64,000 bases of DNA, from contig PFNE01000002.1 in assembly GCA_002791835.1 (NCBI GenBank), positions 30,456 through 94,455 on the forward strand, written 5' to 3'. This document shows positions 27,922 to 39,382 of the stretch, one piece after another (the first letter of the stretch is position 1; each line of letters starts with the position of its first letter). The notes under the pieces were generated by a model. It saw nothing but the letters and a program-made list of their open reading frames with translations, was not told where the DNA came from and searched no databases. This DNA is from Alphaproteobacteria bacterium CG_4_10_14_0_8_um_filter_37_21. Its GTDB lineage: Bacteria; Pseudomonadota; Alphaproteobacteria; Paracaedibacterales; UBA11393. The position numbers were made by a program, and so were the translations under genes.

Positions 27922-29178
27922 ATGACAAAACAGCAAACACCTTCTAAACGCGTAATTTATACGACGTGGTTTATTTTATCACTGTTTTTTGCGTACCAAT
28001 ACTTTATACGCATAGGCCCAAGCATTATGATAAGCGAATTGCGAACAGCCTTTAATTTAAGTGCTGTTCAGTTTGCTTTAATTCCAGCAATTTTTGCCTA
28101 TGTATATGGCATGATCCAGATTCCAGTTGGCTTATTTCTTGATCACTTTGGCCTAAAAAATACAGCCGTTTTTTCAATATTTTCTTGCTCACTTGGAACA
28201 GCACTATTTTATAGCTCCAACAGTATTGAACTTGTTTATTTTTCGCGCATTTTAATTGGCGCTGGCGCTGCAGCATCCCTTCTTTCAGCACTAAAACTCA
28301 TTGGTGACTATGTACCCCGTCGCTACCAAGGAACCCTTATGGGCTTAACACTTGCAATTGGAACAGTTGGCGCTTTACTAGCAGGAAAGCCCCAAACTTA
28401 CTTAATGCAACAAATAGGATGGCGTGAAGCTGGGTTTTTAAGTTCAATTGCTGGTTTTGTTTTATTATTTGCAGCTATTTTTTTCATTCCTGCAACGGAA
28501 AAAAGAAAACAGACAGAAAGTTATAAGAATACAAAAAACTCAATAATTGCATCTTTAAAGCTTGTTCTTAAATCACGGCCTATCTTGGTGTACTCTTTGC
28601 TTACGTTTGGTATTTACGGGCCCTTTTCAGCAATTTCAGATACATGGGGTGTTGCCCTCCTTATGGAAAAATATAGCATGACGCGTAGCGCTGCCGCTGA
28701 ATCTGTCGCCTATACTTTTTTAGGATTGTGCATAGGAAGTTTCATTGTGCCCGCATTCTTTGAACACATAAAGCGGGAAAAGCTCGGCATACAGCTTTGT
28801 ATTGTGTTAATGGGAACCTGCATTGCAATTTTGATATATTCGACAACACTGTCATATTTTACGATTGACACTTTATTTTTTTTCCTTGGCTTTTTTTCAG
28901 GTTCGGAAATACTGTGTTTTTCTGCTATTTCAAAAGCAGCTCAAGACACTACGCGCGGACTTTCACTGGGTTTTACAAATACACTAAACATGACTGGAAG
29001 TGCCCTATTAATGCATTTAATAGGGATGCTCCTAGATTACTTTTGGTCTGGTGGTGTTTCTGAAATTGGGCTTAGAATTTACACCTCATCTGCTTACTTG
29101 TTTTCACTGTCCCTGCTTCCTATTGTTTATGGGCTGGCCTTTCTCCTTTCTTTAACGTTAATAAAATTAAAGGACTAA
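27922..29178 (+). CDS. MFS transporter
   Basis: 418 aa with about 12 TM helices and an MFS-like loop 2-3 region (GLFLDHFGLK). Confidence 0.7.
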   Translation: MTKQQTPSKRVIYTTWFILSLFFAYQYFIRIGPSIMISELRTAFNLSAVQFALIPAIFAYVYGMIQIPVGLFLDHFGLKNTAVFSIFSCSLGTALFYSSNSIELVYFSRILIGAGAAASLLSALKLIGDYVPRRYQGTLMGLTLAIGTVGALLAGKPQTYLMQQIGWREAGFLSSIAGFVLLFAAIFFIPATEKRKQTESYKNTKNSIIASLKLVLKSRPILVYSLLTFGIYGPFSAISDTWGVALLMEKYSMTRSAAAESVAYTFLGLCIGSFIVPAFFEHIKREKLGIQLCIVLMGTCIAILIYSTTLSYFTIDTLFFFLGFFSGSEILCFSAISKAAQDTTRGLSLGFTNTLNMTGSALLMHLIGMLLDYFWSGGVSEIGLRIYTSSAYLFSLSLLPIVYGLAFLLSLTLIKLKD

Positions 29179-29181
29179 AAA

Positions 29182-30579
29182 ATGATCAAAAATGGCGTTA
29201 CGCGAACAAGACTTGAAAAAGATTCTTTAGGCAACGTGCAGGTACCGACTGGTGCTTTTTGGGGTGCACAAACACAAAGATCCTTAAATAATTTTGCAAT
29301 TGGCACTGAAACAATGCCACAGGCCTTTCTTTACGCTTTTGCTCTTTTAAAAAAAATGGCAGCACAAGCAAATCATGAACTTGGAAAAATTGATGCGGAT
29401 GTCTCAAACGCCATACAAGATGTTTGTACAGATATAATTAATGGAGAGCTTAGCAATCAATTTCCTTTAAAAATCTGGCAGACCGGTTCTGGTACGCAAA
29501 CAAATATGAATTTAAATGAAGTTATAGCGCACTGTGCCAACAAAAAATTAAATGGTTTTTTTCGAAAAAAAAAACACGTTCACCCTAATGATCATGTAAA
29601 CTACGGCCAATCATCAAATGACTGTTTTCCAACAGCTATGAATATAGCAGCCGTTCTTGAAGTTCAACAAAACCTATTACCCTCTTTGCGTGAATTTTAT
29701 AATGCTTTAAAAAACAAAGAATTACAGTTTCAAAAAGATATCAAAATTGGTCGCACGCATTTACAAGACGCAACACCCATTACGTTGGGACAAGAATTCT
29801 CTGCCTATGCAGAGCAGATCAAACTTGGAATGGAACGAATAGAAGCCGTGTTACCCAGGCTATATAAGCTAGCACAAGGCGCTACTGCCGTTGGAACGGG
29901 CCTTAATTGTGAAGCAGGCTTCCCTGAACTTTTTGCAAAAAAAATAGCAGAAGCAACTCTCTACCCCTTTATCACAGCACCCAATAAATTTGAAGCCATT
30001 GCAACGCATGATTCTTTAGTGGAATTATCTGGCGCTTTAAACGTTCTTGCATGCAGCTTTATGAAAATTGCAAATGATTTAAGGTTTTTAGCGTCAGGCC
30101 CACGCTGTGGATACGGTGAAATTAATTTCCCAGAAAATGAACCTGGTTCATCTATTATGCCAGGAAAAGTAAACCCTACCCAGGCAGAAGCGATCACAAT
30201 GGTTGCAGCCCAAGTTATGGGGAACCACACAACAGTAACAGTTGCAGGTGCAAGTGGGCATTTTGAGCTCAACACTTTTAAACCTGTCATCATCTATAAT
30301 ATTTTACAATCTATTACACTATTATCCGATAGTGCGAATTGCTTTGTGAAAAACTGCCTCAACGGTATCACGGTTAATCAAGAGATTTTAAAAGATAATT
30401 TAGACAAGTGCCTTATGCTTGTAACAGCATTAAACCCTGTCATTGGTTATGATAATGCTGCAAAAGTTGCAAAACATGCACATGAAAACAAAATATCTTT
30501 AAAGCAAGCAATACGCGATTTAGAAATGCTAACAGAAGAAGAATTTGACAAACACATAGATCCGGCGAAAATGATCTAG
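29182..30579 (+). CDS. fumC: Class II fumarate hydratase
   Basis: 465 aa. Signature [13 protein letters not shown] plus the [12 protein letters not shown] and SSNDCFPTA motifs. Confidence 0.93.
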   Translation: MIKNGVTRTRLEKDSLGNVQVPTGAFWGAQTQRSLNNFAIGTETMPQAFLYAFALLKKMAAQANHELGKIDADVSNAIQDVCTDIINGELSNQFPLKIWQTGSGTQTNMNLNEVIAHCANKKLNGFFRKKKHVHPNDHVNYGQSSNDCFPTAMNIAAVLEVQQNLLPSLREFYNALKNKELQFQKDIKIGRTHLQDATPITLGQEFSAYAEQIKLGMERIEAVLPRLYKLAQGATAVGTGLNCEAGFPELFAKKIAEATLYPFITAPNKFEAIATHDSLVELSGALNVLACSFMKIANDLRFLASGPRCGYGEINFPENEPGSSIMPGKVNPTQAEAITMVAAQVMGNHTTVTVAGASGHFELNTFKPVIIYNILQSITLLSDSANCFVKNCLNGITVNQEILKDNLDKCLMLVTALNPVIGYDNAAKVAKHAHENKISLKQAIRDLEMLTEEEFDKHIDPAKMI

Positions 30580-30758
30580 TAGATTAGTTAAATTAATCAT
30601 GTATTATGAAGCTAAATAAATAATTCTTGCTCGGCTTTTTTTGGCAGGGAGTATTGGGCATAATTTTAATAATTTTTCATTTTCAAGACGCTATTCATTA
30701 AGAATATTTTAATGAATACCTATGTATTATATAAATATAGATTTTTTCTATAGTTTTT

Positions 30759-32054
30759 ATGTATAAACAAAATATTTTACTCTCTCTAATTTTTGTACTT
30801 TGTGTCAACTTCTTAAATGGTGAAATTCTAACGCCCCGCAAAAAAGATAAAGCGTTAAAGCAACCAACACAAACAATAAAGCATCAAGATCCGCTGAACA
30901 AAAGTTCATCAAAATGTATAAATCCTCAATATCCTAAACATAAAAAATTTGGAAAAGATTTTGTAAGCCCACTTCCACTTGAAAAAATTCAAATTGATTC
31001 CCAATCCTGGAAACAACAACATAATTCTGATTGTGTTTTTACAAATGACAATATTCAAGATCAGTTCCAAAGTGATATAGGAATATGGCTCAATACTCTT
31101 TTCAATAGAACGAATACTGTTGGGGGGAAAAAATTAAGTAACAAGGAACAGTATATTCTTATCAAAAAACAAGAGTTTTTAAGAAGATGGTTTTTGTTGA
31201 TGGCCTATGCCCCTATTCATTATGTAAGAAGTGATAACGCATCATCTGAAAATTCAAATTCATTAAGCTTTCAAAGACCTGTGCATTTTCCATTTCCTTT
31301 AGCGTCATCCATAAGTCATGGGCAACGCATACTCATGACTCTGACGAATAAATCAGGAACCAGCAAACTAAATAAATTAATGTACAATCTTCTTCTTTCT
31401 GGTGCGGTAGATCAGAAACCCGTTATAGACGAATTCAGAAGTTTTGCAAGTCATGGTGTTTCAAAAGCTCCAAATAACAAGTTGATAGAAGAAAAATTAC
31501 TAACAGGTTTTTTAGGGGCAATTCGGGGTAATCATCATATGATAAATATACCCGTTGGTGGCGTTGGGAACAAAAATGAATTAAATTATTTTATTGGCCC
31601 TGAGGGAGAAAGTTATACGAAAGACGATGACAAAAGAGTTGATAACTTTCAACTTGGACATGTATTTATTGCAGAACACAGTTTTTCTGATAATATTTCA
31701 TCATTACTTATGGGTGTTGAAAGCACGGCACCATATAAAACTTCACCCTTTTCAGAGGGCGAAAAGACGCATACCATAATTAGTGGTTATGAAGATGAAT
31801 CTAAAACGAGAGCCGTTCTTGGCGGACAAAAATGGTCTAAACTTCTAGGGGACTTAGCCCCTGCTAAATATGGTGGAATGCTCATTAATATTGAAGATAG
31901 TCAACTAGAAGAACTTAAAGCATTGTTTGATATTATTCTTTCCTGGGATGAGAAAAAGCAATTTGTTTTTTTTCTTAAACTTATATCCATGAACGCATCA
32001 GAAGCTAATAATTTTTTATTTACTCATAAAGAACTTTCTTCAATATTTTTATAA
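30759..32054 (+). CDS. Hypothetical secreted protein (ORFan)
   Basis: 431 aa with an N-terminal signal-like segment (ILLSLIFVLCVNFLNG). No recognisable catalytic motif. Flanked by long AT-rich non-coding DNA on both sides. Confidence 0.6.
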   Translation: MYKQNILLSLIFVLCVNFLNGEILTPRKKDKALKQPTQTIKHQDPLNKSSSKCINPQYPKHKKFGKDFVSPLPLEKIQIDSQSWKQQHNSDCVFTNDNIQDQFQSDIGIWLNTLFNRTNTVGGKKLSNKEQYILIKKQEFLRRWFLLMAYAPIHYVRSDNASSENSNSLSFQRPVHFPFPLASSISHGQRILMTLTNKSGTSKLNKLMYNLLLSGAVDQKPVIDEFRSFASHGVSKAPNNKLIEEKLLTGFLGAIRGNHHMINIPVGGVGNKNELNYFIGPEGESYTKDDDKRVDNFQLGHVFIAEHSFSDNISSLLMGVESTAPYKTSPFSEGEKTHTIISGYEDESKTRAVLGGQKWSKLLGDLAPAKYGGMLINIEDSQLEELKALFDIILSWDEKKQFVFFLKLISMNASEANNFLFTHKELSSIFL

Positions 32055-32329
32055 TAACTTAGCTGGTTTCGGGTTAACCATATACACTAAACTGTCAGCT
32101 ATTCAAGAGATAGCGTGGGGTTTTAGAATAATTTTCTTGATTTGGGTATCCTTCTAATTTTTTTATTACGCCTGTGCCAAGAAAGATTATCATTAAACTT
32201 GTGTACTTTTAAGATACACGGGCGAGTACATGACGACACCCAAACTACTTTATATAAATGATTTTTTTCTTCGTAAGTAGCTGCTTTCTTTTAAGAAGAT
32301 CTGTAGCTTTATATCAGCTATAGTCCAAT

Positions 32330-32354
32330 AAAAAAACCCTCTAAAGAGAGGGTT
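32330..32354 (-). terminator. Rho-independent terminator of the BI-1/YccA gene
   Basis: In the minus sense, AACCCTCT-cttt-AGAGGGTT followed by a T run, about 27 nt after the stop codon. Confidence 0.7.
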
Positions 32355-32380
32355 TCACTTTAAACTCAGTCTTTAGGAGC

Positions 32381-33094
32381 TTAACGACGGTTACCAAATA
32401 ACTGAAGAAGAGCTAGGAATATGTTGATAAAATCAATATATAGCTGTATCGCGCCATATATAGCTATTTTACCAAGGTTTTCTTTTGACTCACTTGGGTT
32501 GTAGTATGATTTAATCGTTTGTGTGTCATACGCCGTTAAACCCGTAAAAATAAGTACTGAAAACATTGAAAGCACATATTGCATGGTGCCACTTTGCATA
32601 AACATGTTAACTACAGAGGCAATGATTAAGCCAATTACACCCATATACAAGAAAGATCCCATAGATGTTAAATCTCTCTGCGTGGTATAACCATAAATGC
32701 TCATCGCACCAAACATAGACGCTGTAATGAAAAATGTTTTTGCAATGCTACCCAGTTCATAAACCATAAAAATTGAACTTAGTGATAGGCCCATAAGGCC
32801 CGCAAAAATCCAAAAAAGTGCTTGTACTTTAGCGAAACTTAATTTTTGTAATTTAGCGCCAATTACCATCACAAGTATGAGTGGTGCAAACATAACAATA
32901 TAAGCTTGCGGGCCACTGAAAATAGCCTGCATTAGGCCTGGCTGTCCTGCGACAAGATAGGATACTAATCCCGTAAAACCCAGTCCCATTGCCATATAGT
33001 TATAAACACTAATCATGTAGGTGCGAAGCCCCACGTCCATCGACGCAGTGCGTGCTGATGAGTGTGAAATTGGGTCGTTAAAATTATTAGACAT
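32381..33094 (-). CDS. Bax inhibitor-1/YccA family membrane protein
   Basis: 237 aa with 7 TM helices. N-terminal GLRTYMISVYNYMAMGL and C-terminal ALLQLFGNRR are typical of the family. Confidence 0.8.
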   Translation of the reverse strand: MSNNFNDPISHSSARTASMDVGLRTYMISVYNYMAMGLGFTGLVSYLVAGQPGLMQAIFSGPQAYIVMFAPLILVMVIGAKLQKLSFAKVQALFWIFAGLMGLSLSSIFMVYELGSIAKTFFITASMFGAMSIYGYTTQRDLTSMGSFLYMGVIGLIIASVVNMFMQSGTMQYVLSMFSVLIFTGLTAYDTQTIKSYYNPSESKENLGKIAIYGAIQLYIDFINIFLALLQLFGNRR

Positions 33095-33188
33095 ATTAGA
33101 TACTCCTGAAACTATTATCTATACATAATATATCACATATTTTTTATTTACATAATTAATTTTATCTAATCCAGTAATAATATTTACA

Positions 33189-33251
33189 GTGGGGAAAAGA
33201 CGATCTTCAAGAACCCTACTTCGCTGTTTGGTCTTTCTTGAAGGGCCCCAC
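33189..33251. repeat. Composite inverted repeat / stem-loop in the divergent BI-1 - nuoG intergenic region
   Basis: The outer arms GTGGGG (33189-33194) and CCCCAC (33246-33251) pair. The inner arms CTTCAAGAA (33205-33213) and TTCTTGAAG (33235-33243) pair around a 21-nt loop. No T run follows on either strand, so it is not a terminator. Confidence 0.5.
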
Positions 33252-33458
33252 GTCATCATATAACAAATCTGTGTATTTATATAATTTTTCTCGAAAACTT
33301 ATATGACAATCGTTTTAGAATCGTCAATGTGATAAAAAAACAGCTAAAAAATGAAAAAATATCTTTTAAATAAATATCCTCAAAATTTTCTCTCCTCTTA
33401 ACCTTCATGTATAAATCAGGTACCATAAGGTATATTTGTATTTTAAAACAACATAGCT

Positions 33459-35513
33459 ATGGCCAAACTAACCATTAATGACAAAGAAATAGAAATTGAT
33501 AATAACGCCACTGTTATGGATGCTTGTAAAAAAGCAGGAATAGAAGTCCCACATTTTTGTCACCATCCCAAACTTTCAATCGCTGGCAATTGCCGTATGT
33601 GTTTGGTTGAAATTCAGCGATATCCAAAACCGATCGCTAGTTGCGCGCAACCTGTTGCCGAAGGAATGGTCGTTACAACCAATTCCCCAATGGTTGAAAA
33701 TGCAAGAAAAGGGGTATTGGAATTATTATTATTAAATCATCCGTTGGATTGCCCTGTATGTGACCAGGGCGGTGAATGTGATTTGCAAGACCTAACGATG
33801 AAACACGGCCCAGGCACAAGCCAGAATATATTTCCACGGCGCCTTGTTAGTGAAAAGAATATGGGGCCTCTTGTTGGAACTGTTATGACGCGTTGTATTC
33901 ATTGCACAAAATGCGTACGCTTTATGAACGAAGTCGCTGGTTCCCCTGAAATAGGTGCTTTTTCTCGTGGTGAGGATATGGAAATTTCCACTTATTTAGA
34001 AATGAATTTAGACTCTGAATTATCAGGAAACATTATTGATTTATGCCCTGTCGGTGCACTAACGTCCCTACCCTTTAAATTCCAAGCGCGATCATGGGAA
34101 ATGGAGCATATCAATAGTATCGACATCAGCGACGCAGTTGGATCAAATACACGCCTAGATGTTCGGGGTGTAAATGTCATGCGAGTTCTACCAAGATCAA
34201 ACGATGCAATTAACGAAGATTGGATTTCAGATAAAGCGCGCTTTTCTTATGATGGGTTAAAAACACAACGATTAGACAAGCCGTTTATAAAAGAAAATAA
34301 TACGTTTCAAGAAGCTTCTTGGGATGAAGCATTAGAATGTATTCAAGAAAAAATTTCATCCGTAAAAGGAACAGAGGTTGCCGCTTTATCTGGTGATTTA
34401 GTTGACTGTGAATCAACACTTTTATTTAAAGAACTTATGAATGGTATAGGATCACCCCACACAGACTGTCGCTTAAACAATACCCCTTTTACGTCATCGC
34501 ATCGAAAAAGTTATTTATTTAACACAACCATTGCAGGTATTGAAGCAGCAGACTGCATATTACTAATTGGCACAAATCCGCGCACTGAAGCTCCGCTTAT
34601 TAATGCCCGTATATATAAACGCTATTTAAAAGGTGGTTTAACAGTTGCACGTATTGGCATAGACGAAAAATTAAATTACCCTATCCAGCAACTAAGCAAT
34701 AACGCCCACCTATTGCAAGATATTGTAAATGGTAAGCATGAATTTTCAAAAACATGGAAAACCGCTAAAAAACCAATGCTGATTATTGGGGAATCTGCCC
34801 TTAACAGACGGGACAGCCTAACAATTATGCATACAGCACAACAGCTTTGCAAACAAATTAATGCCCATAGTGAAGATTGGAATGGCTATAATATTCTTCA
34901 TGCACACGCCTCAGCTGTTGGTTCTTTAGATGTTGGCTTCATTCCAGGTGACGGGGGATTGAATGCAACACAAATATTAGATGCAACTCAAAAAAATAAA
35001 ATTAAAGTTGTTTTTCTACATGGTGTTGACTGTTTTGATCGACAAAATTTTGGGGAAAATATTTTTATTATCTATATTGGTCACCATGGTGACCGTGGTG
35101 CACATGCAGCAGATATTATTTTACCAAGTACTGCATACAATGAAAAAACAGCACTTTATGTGAATACTGAAGGTCGCGTTCAACAAGTGAATCAGGCGAC
35201 CCCACCAGTAGGTTTAGCCAAAACAGATTGGAAAATTATGAAGCTAATAGCAGATAAACTTGGTGTTACCCTACCCTATAATAACCGTCAAGATATCCTA
35301 AGAAAATTATATAAGGTTAATGCTGCCTTTAAACAAATCGGGCGACTGACAAAAAACGCATTACAAGAAATTGAACTTTTAACACCTGAAACATTCAGTA
35401 ACAAACCGTTTGAGCCCCTTATTAAAAATTTTTATATGACAGATGTTATTAGTAGAAATTCTGCCATCATGGCAGAATGTACAAATGCTAAAAAGGATCG
35501 TAAATCAGCATGA
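33459..35513 (+). CDS. nuoG: NADH-quinone oxidoreductase subunit G
   Basis: 684 aa. N-terminal 2Fe-2S and 4Fe-4S cysteine clusters ([46 protein letters not shown]). Confidence 0.92.
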   Translation: MAKLTINDKEIEIDNNATVMDACKKAGIEVPHFCHHPKLSIAGNCRMCLVEIQRYPKPIASCAQPVAEGMVVTTNSPMVENARKGVLELLLLNHPLDCPVCDQGGECDLQDLTMKHGPGTSQNIFPRRLVSEKNMGPLVGTVMTRCIHCTKCVRFMNEVAGSPEIGAFSRGEDMEISTYLEMNLDSELSGNIIDLCPVGALTSLPFKFQARSWEMEHINSIDISDAVGSNTRLDVRGVNVMRVLPRSNDAINEDWISDKARFSYDGLKTQRLDKPFIKENNTFQEASWDEALECIQEKISSVKGTEVAALSGDLVDCESTLLFKELMNGIGSPHTDCRLNNTPFTSSHRKSYLFNTTIAGIEAADCILLIGTNPRTEAPLINARIYKRYLKGGLTVARIGIDEKLNYPIQQLSNNAHLLQDIVNGKHEFSKTWKTAKKPMLIIGESALNRRDSLTIMHTAQQLCKQINAHSEDWNGYNILHAHASAVGSLDVGFIPGDGGLNATQILDATQKNKIKVVFLHGVDCFDRQNFGENIFIIYIGHHGDRGAHAADIILPSTAYNEKTALYVNTEGRVQQVNQATPPVGLAKTDWKIMKLIADKLGVTLPYNNRQDILRKLYKVNAAFKQIGRLTKNALQEIELLTPETFSNKPFEPLIKNFYMTDVISRNSAIMAECTNAKKDRKSA

Positions 35514-36541
35514 ATATGATCACTTTACAAGAACTATACCCATTACTTTTAAGTTACACTGAAACATGCTTTTGGATTGTTGTCAAAATCTTAACACTGG
35601 TTATACCCCTAATTATTGGTGTTGCCTATCTAACATTTTTTGAACGTAAAGTAATCGCTTATATGCAACTACGCGTTGGCCCCAATATGGTTGGCCCCTT
35701 TGGATTATTGCAACCTTTTGCAGATGGCATAAAACTGCTACACAAAGAAATTATTATCCCCCTTGCTGCCAATAAATTTTTATTTATATTAGCCCCCATT
35801 TTAACATTTAGCCTTAGCCTTATGGCGTGGGCTGTCATTCCCATGGGACCAGATTTTGTTATAGCAAATTTAAACGTGGGTGTTTTATATATATTTGCCT
35901 TATCATCCCTGGGCGTATATGGCATTATCATTGCCGGTTGGGCTAGCCAATCAAAATATGCATTTTTAGGTGCTATAAGGTCTGCCTCACAAATGATTTC
36001 TTATGAATTAGCTATTGGAACAATTTTAGCTTCTGTTTTATTGTGTTCAGGAAGCCTTAATTTATCTGATATTATTATCTCACAAAAAAATCATTGGTAT
36101 ATTTTCCCGTTGTTTCCGATATGGGTTATATTTTTTATTTCCTGCTTAGCAGAAACAAACAGATCACCTTTTGATTTACCCGAAGCTGAAGCAGAACTTG
36201 TTGCAGGTTACAACGTTGAATATTCATCCATGACATTTGCCCTGTTCTTTTTAGGCGAATACGCCAACATGATTTTACTAAGCGCCCTTAATGCAATTTT
36301 ATTCTTCGGTGGTTGGTTACCCCCCTTAGATATTCCTCTATTTAATATAGTGCCTGGTTTTATATGGATGATTTTAAAAATATCATTTTTCTTGTTTATA
36401 TTTTTATGGGTCAGAGCCTCATTACCACGTTATCGGTATGACCAACTAATGCGCCTGGGATGGAAAGTGTTTCTGCCCTTTACGCTTGTTTTTTTTGTAC
36501 TGCAAGCATCCGTCATGATGTACTTTGACTTACTGCCTTAA
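35510..36541 (+). CDS. nuoH: NADH-quinone oxidoreductase subunit H
   Basis: 343 aa polytopic protein. [15 protein letters not shown] and [25 protein letters not shown] motifs. Overlaps the nuoG stop. Confidence 0.92.
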   Translation: MNMITLQELYPLLLSYTETCFWIVVKILTLVIPLIIGVAYLTFFERKVIAYMQLRVGPNMVGPFGLLQPFADGIKLLHKEIIIPLAANKFLFILAPILTFSLSLMAWAVIPMGPDFVIANLNVGVLYIFALSSLGVYGIIIAGWASQSKYAFLGAIRSASQMISYELAIGTILASVLLCSGSLNLSDIIISQKNHWYIFPLFPIWVIFFISCLAETNRSPFDLPEAEAELVAGYNVEYSSMTFALFFLGEYANMILLSALNAILFFGGWLPPLDIPLFNIVPGFIWMILKISFFLFIFLWVRASLPRYRYDQLMRLGWKVFLPFTLVFFVLQASVMMYFDLLP

Positions 36542-36612
36542 ACATCCTTAATTATTTTCTAATTGTCGTAAAAATATACAGCAATACTTAAAAAGTATGA
36601 AAGGAGAAGCTT

Positions 36613-37749
36613 TTACCTGGAATGATTATAGATTTTCGCCTCTATTTTTTGTATCATGTTTTCTAAGCCGTAGTTTTCTGTCAAAAATGCATGCGTATTT
36701 TCTGTTAAATCTCTCCTTTCTTTAATAGAAAAACTCAGCGCCCTTTTTAGTTGTTCTGCCAGGTCATCTGTACTATCTGGTCGTGCAAGAAATGCATACC
36801 GACCATCATTTGATAGTTCAATAGCCCCGCCATGGTTAATACTAACGACCACTGCTTCCATTGATAAGGCTTCTGCTATCACACGCCCAAAAGATTCAGG
36901 CACTTGTGTTGGAATAATAACAATATCACTAAGCGCATAAAATAGTTCAAGGTGATCTGAGGCATCCAAAAATAAGCATGTCATATTATAGGTTGAAATT
37001 TTATCCTTCAATGCCGCAACATATGCTGGTTTGTCTTGAATATTACCAATCATAATAGTGGTTATATTATTTTTTACATCTTTAGATAATTTTTGAAATG
37101 CTTCTATATAGTCAAGGTGACCTTTTATTTTGGTAAAGCGCCCGGGTAACAGTATTACTTTATGATAAAATGGAATTTTTAGATCTTCTCGTTTTGCCAA
37201 AACTTGTTGAAACGCTATTTTTTGTTTATGGAACCTAATGGTATCTATACCTTCAAAAATATTTACTATTTTATTTTTCGTATAAGTAGGATAGGTTTTT
37301 TCCAAATGCTGGTGAATAAATTCAGATACAGCAACAACATAGTCGCCCCGCATCATAGAGCTGTTATAAAATTTTTTAAACCAGTTTTGCGCTTTATGTG
37401 CGCCATGAAAAGTTGTAGCAAAAGGAGTAGATGTTATTTTACTGGCTAGATAACAGCTCCATGCCGGAGCGCGGGAATGTGCATGCATACGATCAATACC
37501 GTTTTTTTTGCATATTCGACGAAGCACTAAAGCATTTTTCAGCATAGCAATGGGTGATTTGTTATTTAAAGGCACGCTAAAATGCTTAACATTAGAAGGC
37601 AGCCTATCAAGCAAAGCACCACCGGATGATGCGACATAAAAGATGTGATCTGTATGTTTTTTAGCAAGAGACGCTAAAACATCCAACATATAACTTTCAA
37701 CACCACCCGTTCCAAAAGCAGGCAGAACCTCTAACACTTTTTTCATCAA
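36613..37749 (-). CDS. Glycosyltransferase family 4 (GT1-domain) protein
   Basis: 378 aa. N-terminal GGVESY pattern and a C-terminal E..G.V..EA motif (PESFGRVIAEALSMEAVVV). Confidence 0.7.
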   Translation of the reverse strand: MMKKVLEVLPAFGTGGVESYMLDVLASLAKKHTDHIFYVASSGGALLDRLPSNVKHFSVPLNNKSPIAMLKNALVLRRICKKNGIDRMHAHSRAPAWSCYLASKITSTPFATTFHGAHKAQNWFKKFYNSSMMRGDYVVAVSEFIHQHLEKTYPTYTKNKIVNIFEGIDTIRFHKQKIAFQQVLAKREDLKIPFYHKVILLPGRFTKIKGHLDYIEAFQKLSKDVKNNITTIMIGNIQDKPAYVAALKDKISTYNMTCLFLDASDHLELFYALSDIVIIPTQVPESFGRVIAEALSMEAVVVSINHGGAIELSNDGRYAFLARPDSTDDLAEQLKRALSFSIKERRDLTENTHAFLTENYGLENMIQKIEAKIYNHSR

Positions 37750-37751
37750 TT

Positions 37752-38744
37752 TTATGCCACCCCAAGACGCAAGAAATCATGAATATGTAAAAGACCAATT
37801 GGTTTTTTATTTTCAACAACAAAAAGTGCTGTAATTATATGCGTTTCCATAATATTTAAGGCTTCTGCCATTAAAAGACTTTTTTCTATGGTTTTAGGTT
37901 TTTTAGTCATGACTGTACTTGCCTTGTGTGCTAAAAGGTCACTTCCCATATGCCGTCTTAAGTCGCCATCTGTCACAATGCCAATCAGATTTTTCTGGTT
38001 ATCTAAAACGCCAACACAGCCAAAACCGCCTGAAGTCATTGCAAGTAAGCATTCACTCATTAATGTGTCTTCATGAACAAGCGGCAAATTTGTTTTGTGC
38101 ATTTTTTCATCAACTTTTAACAGTTGGGCACCCAATTTGCCGCCAGGGTGAAACTTTTTAAAGTTCTTATTGGTAAATCCACGCCACGTTAAAAGTGTAA
38201 CAGCTAAGGCATCACATAGTGCTACCATAAGTGTGGTAGATGTTGTTGGTGCAAGCCCCATAGGACAGGCTTCTGGAACTTCTGGTAACGCTATACCAAC
38301 AGTAGACAACTTATCTAATGTTGACCCCTTTTTGCTAGAGATGCCAATAAATGGAATATGATAACGTGCTGCATAGTGCATAATATCATTCAGCTCTTTA
38401 GTTTCTCCAGAATTGGACAGTAATAATAAGGTGTCATCTTCTGTTACCATACCCAGGTCACCATGACTTGCCTCACCTGGATGGATGAATAAAGATGGCT
38501 GCCCGGTGGAGGCTAACGTTGCTGCAATTTTACGGGCGATTAAACCACTTTTCCCCATGCCGCTCACAATAACACGCCCTTTTGTGTTAAGCATTAAATT
38601 TGCAGCATCCTCTATTGGTTTCTTTAAAGGGCCATGCAAAGCTTTTTCTAAAATTTTAAGCCCATCAAGCTCTATTAATAGAACTTGAGAACACAATTCA
38701 AGGGCGCTTTGTTTTTTGTCATTGCATGTTTTTAAATTAGTCAT
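37752..38744 (-). CDS. kdsD: Arabinose-5-phosphate isomerase (KdsD/KpsF family; SIS + 2 CBS)
   Basis: 330 aa. SIS motif GMGKSGLIARKIAATLASTG followed by a C-terminal CBS pair. Confidence 0.85.
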   Translation of the reverse strand: MTNLKTCNDKKQSALELCSQVLLIELDGLKILEKALHGPLKKPIEDAANLMLNTKGRVIVSGMGKSGLIARKIAATLASTGQPSLFIHPGEASHGDLGMVTEDDTLLLLSNSGETKELNDIMHYAARYHIPFIGISSKKGSTLDKLSTVGIALPEVPEACPMGLAPTTSTTLMVALCDALAVTLLTWRGFTNKNFKKFHPGGKLGAQLLKVDEKMHKTNLPLVHEDTLMSECLLAMTSGGFGCVGVLDNQKNLIGIVTDGDLRRHMGSDLLAHKASTVMTKKPKTIEKSLLMAEALNIMETHIITALFVVENKKPIGLLHIHDFLRLGVA

Positions 38745-38746
38745 TA

Positions 38747-39382
38747 TTACGTACTCTTGTGAGAAAAAATATCAAATTGTTCACCAGCCAGGTGGTCAAT
38801 CTTTACCCGTGTGGGTAGAAAATCGAAACATGCCTGTACTGTTGCAACGCGATTTTCACGTTCTAGCATAAGCTGAAGTGCATTTTTTATTTTATGCAAA
38901 TATAAAACGTCTTTTGCTGCATAAAGCTGTTGAAGCTCTGTTAGATTTTCTGATCCCCAATCTGAAGTTTGTTCTTCTTTTGAGAGTTCAACTCCCAAAA
39001 AATCTTTACATAAATCTTTTAAACTATGCTTCCCTGTATAGGTCCTGCATAAACGTGATGCAATTTTTGTACAAAAAATATTGTCAACTTCAATATTAAA
39101 CGTATACATCAAAATAGACACATCAAAACGGGCATAATGAAAAATTTTTGTAATGTGCTTGTTTATCAGCAGTTTTACTAAATTTGGTGCCTGATGATTT
39201 TTCGTATTGGGAATTTGAATTAAATGCACAGGGTCGCTATCCTTGCCACTAAATAATTGCACAACACAAAGTCGGTCACGTGCATGAACAAGCCCCATAG
39301 CTTCTGTGTCAATCGCAACACTGCCCGTAAAAGAAACATCATCAGGCAAATCCCCTTGGTGAATCAGAATATTATTTTGCAT
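38747..39382 (-). CDS. 3'-5' exonuclease, short ribonuclease D-like
   Basis: 211 aa. DEDD-type motifs AIDTEAMGL...LCVVQL, FHYARFDV and YAAKDVLYL. Confidence 0.7.
   Translation of the reverse strand: MQNNILIHQGDLPDDVSFTGSVAIDTEAMGLVHARDRLCVVQLFSGKDSDPVHLIQIPNTKNHQAPNLVKLLINKHITKIFHYARFDVSILMYTFNIEVDNIFCTKIASRLCRTYTGKHSLKDLCKDFLGVELSKEEQTSDWGSENLTELQQLYAAKDVLYLHKIKNALQLMLERENRVATVQACFDFLPTRVKIDHLAGEQFDIFSHKST

Noticed and set aside
31440-31790. An ADP-ribosyltransferase R / S-T-S / E-x-E triad in the 431-aa secreted ORFan (FRSF..., VESTAP, SEGEK).
   Set aside because: The spacing is wrong: the STA-like and ExE-like elements are only about 12 residues apart, and the middle motif is not S-T-S. 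This is most likely a chance match.
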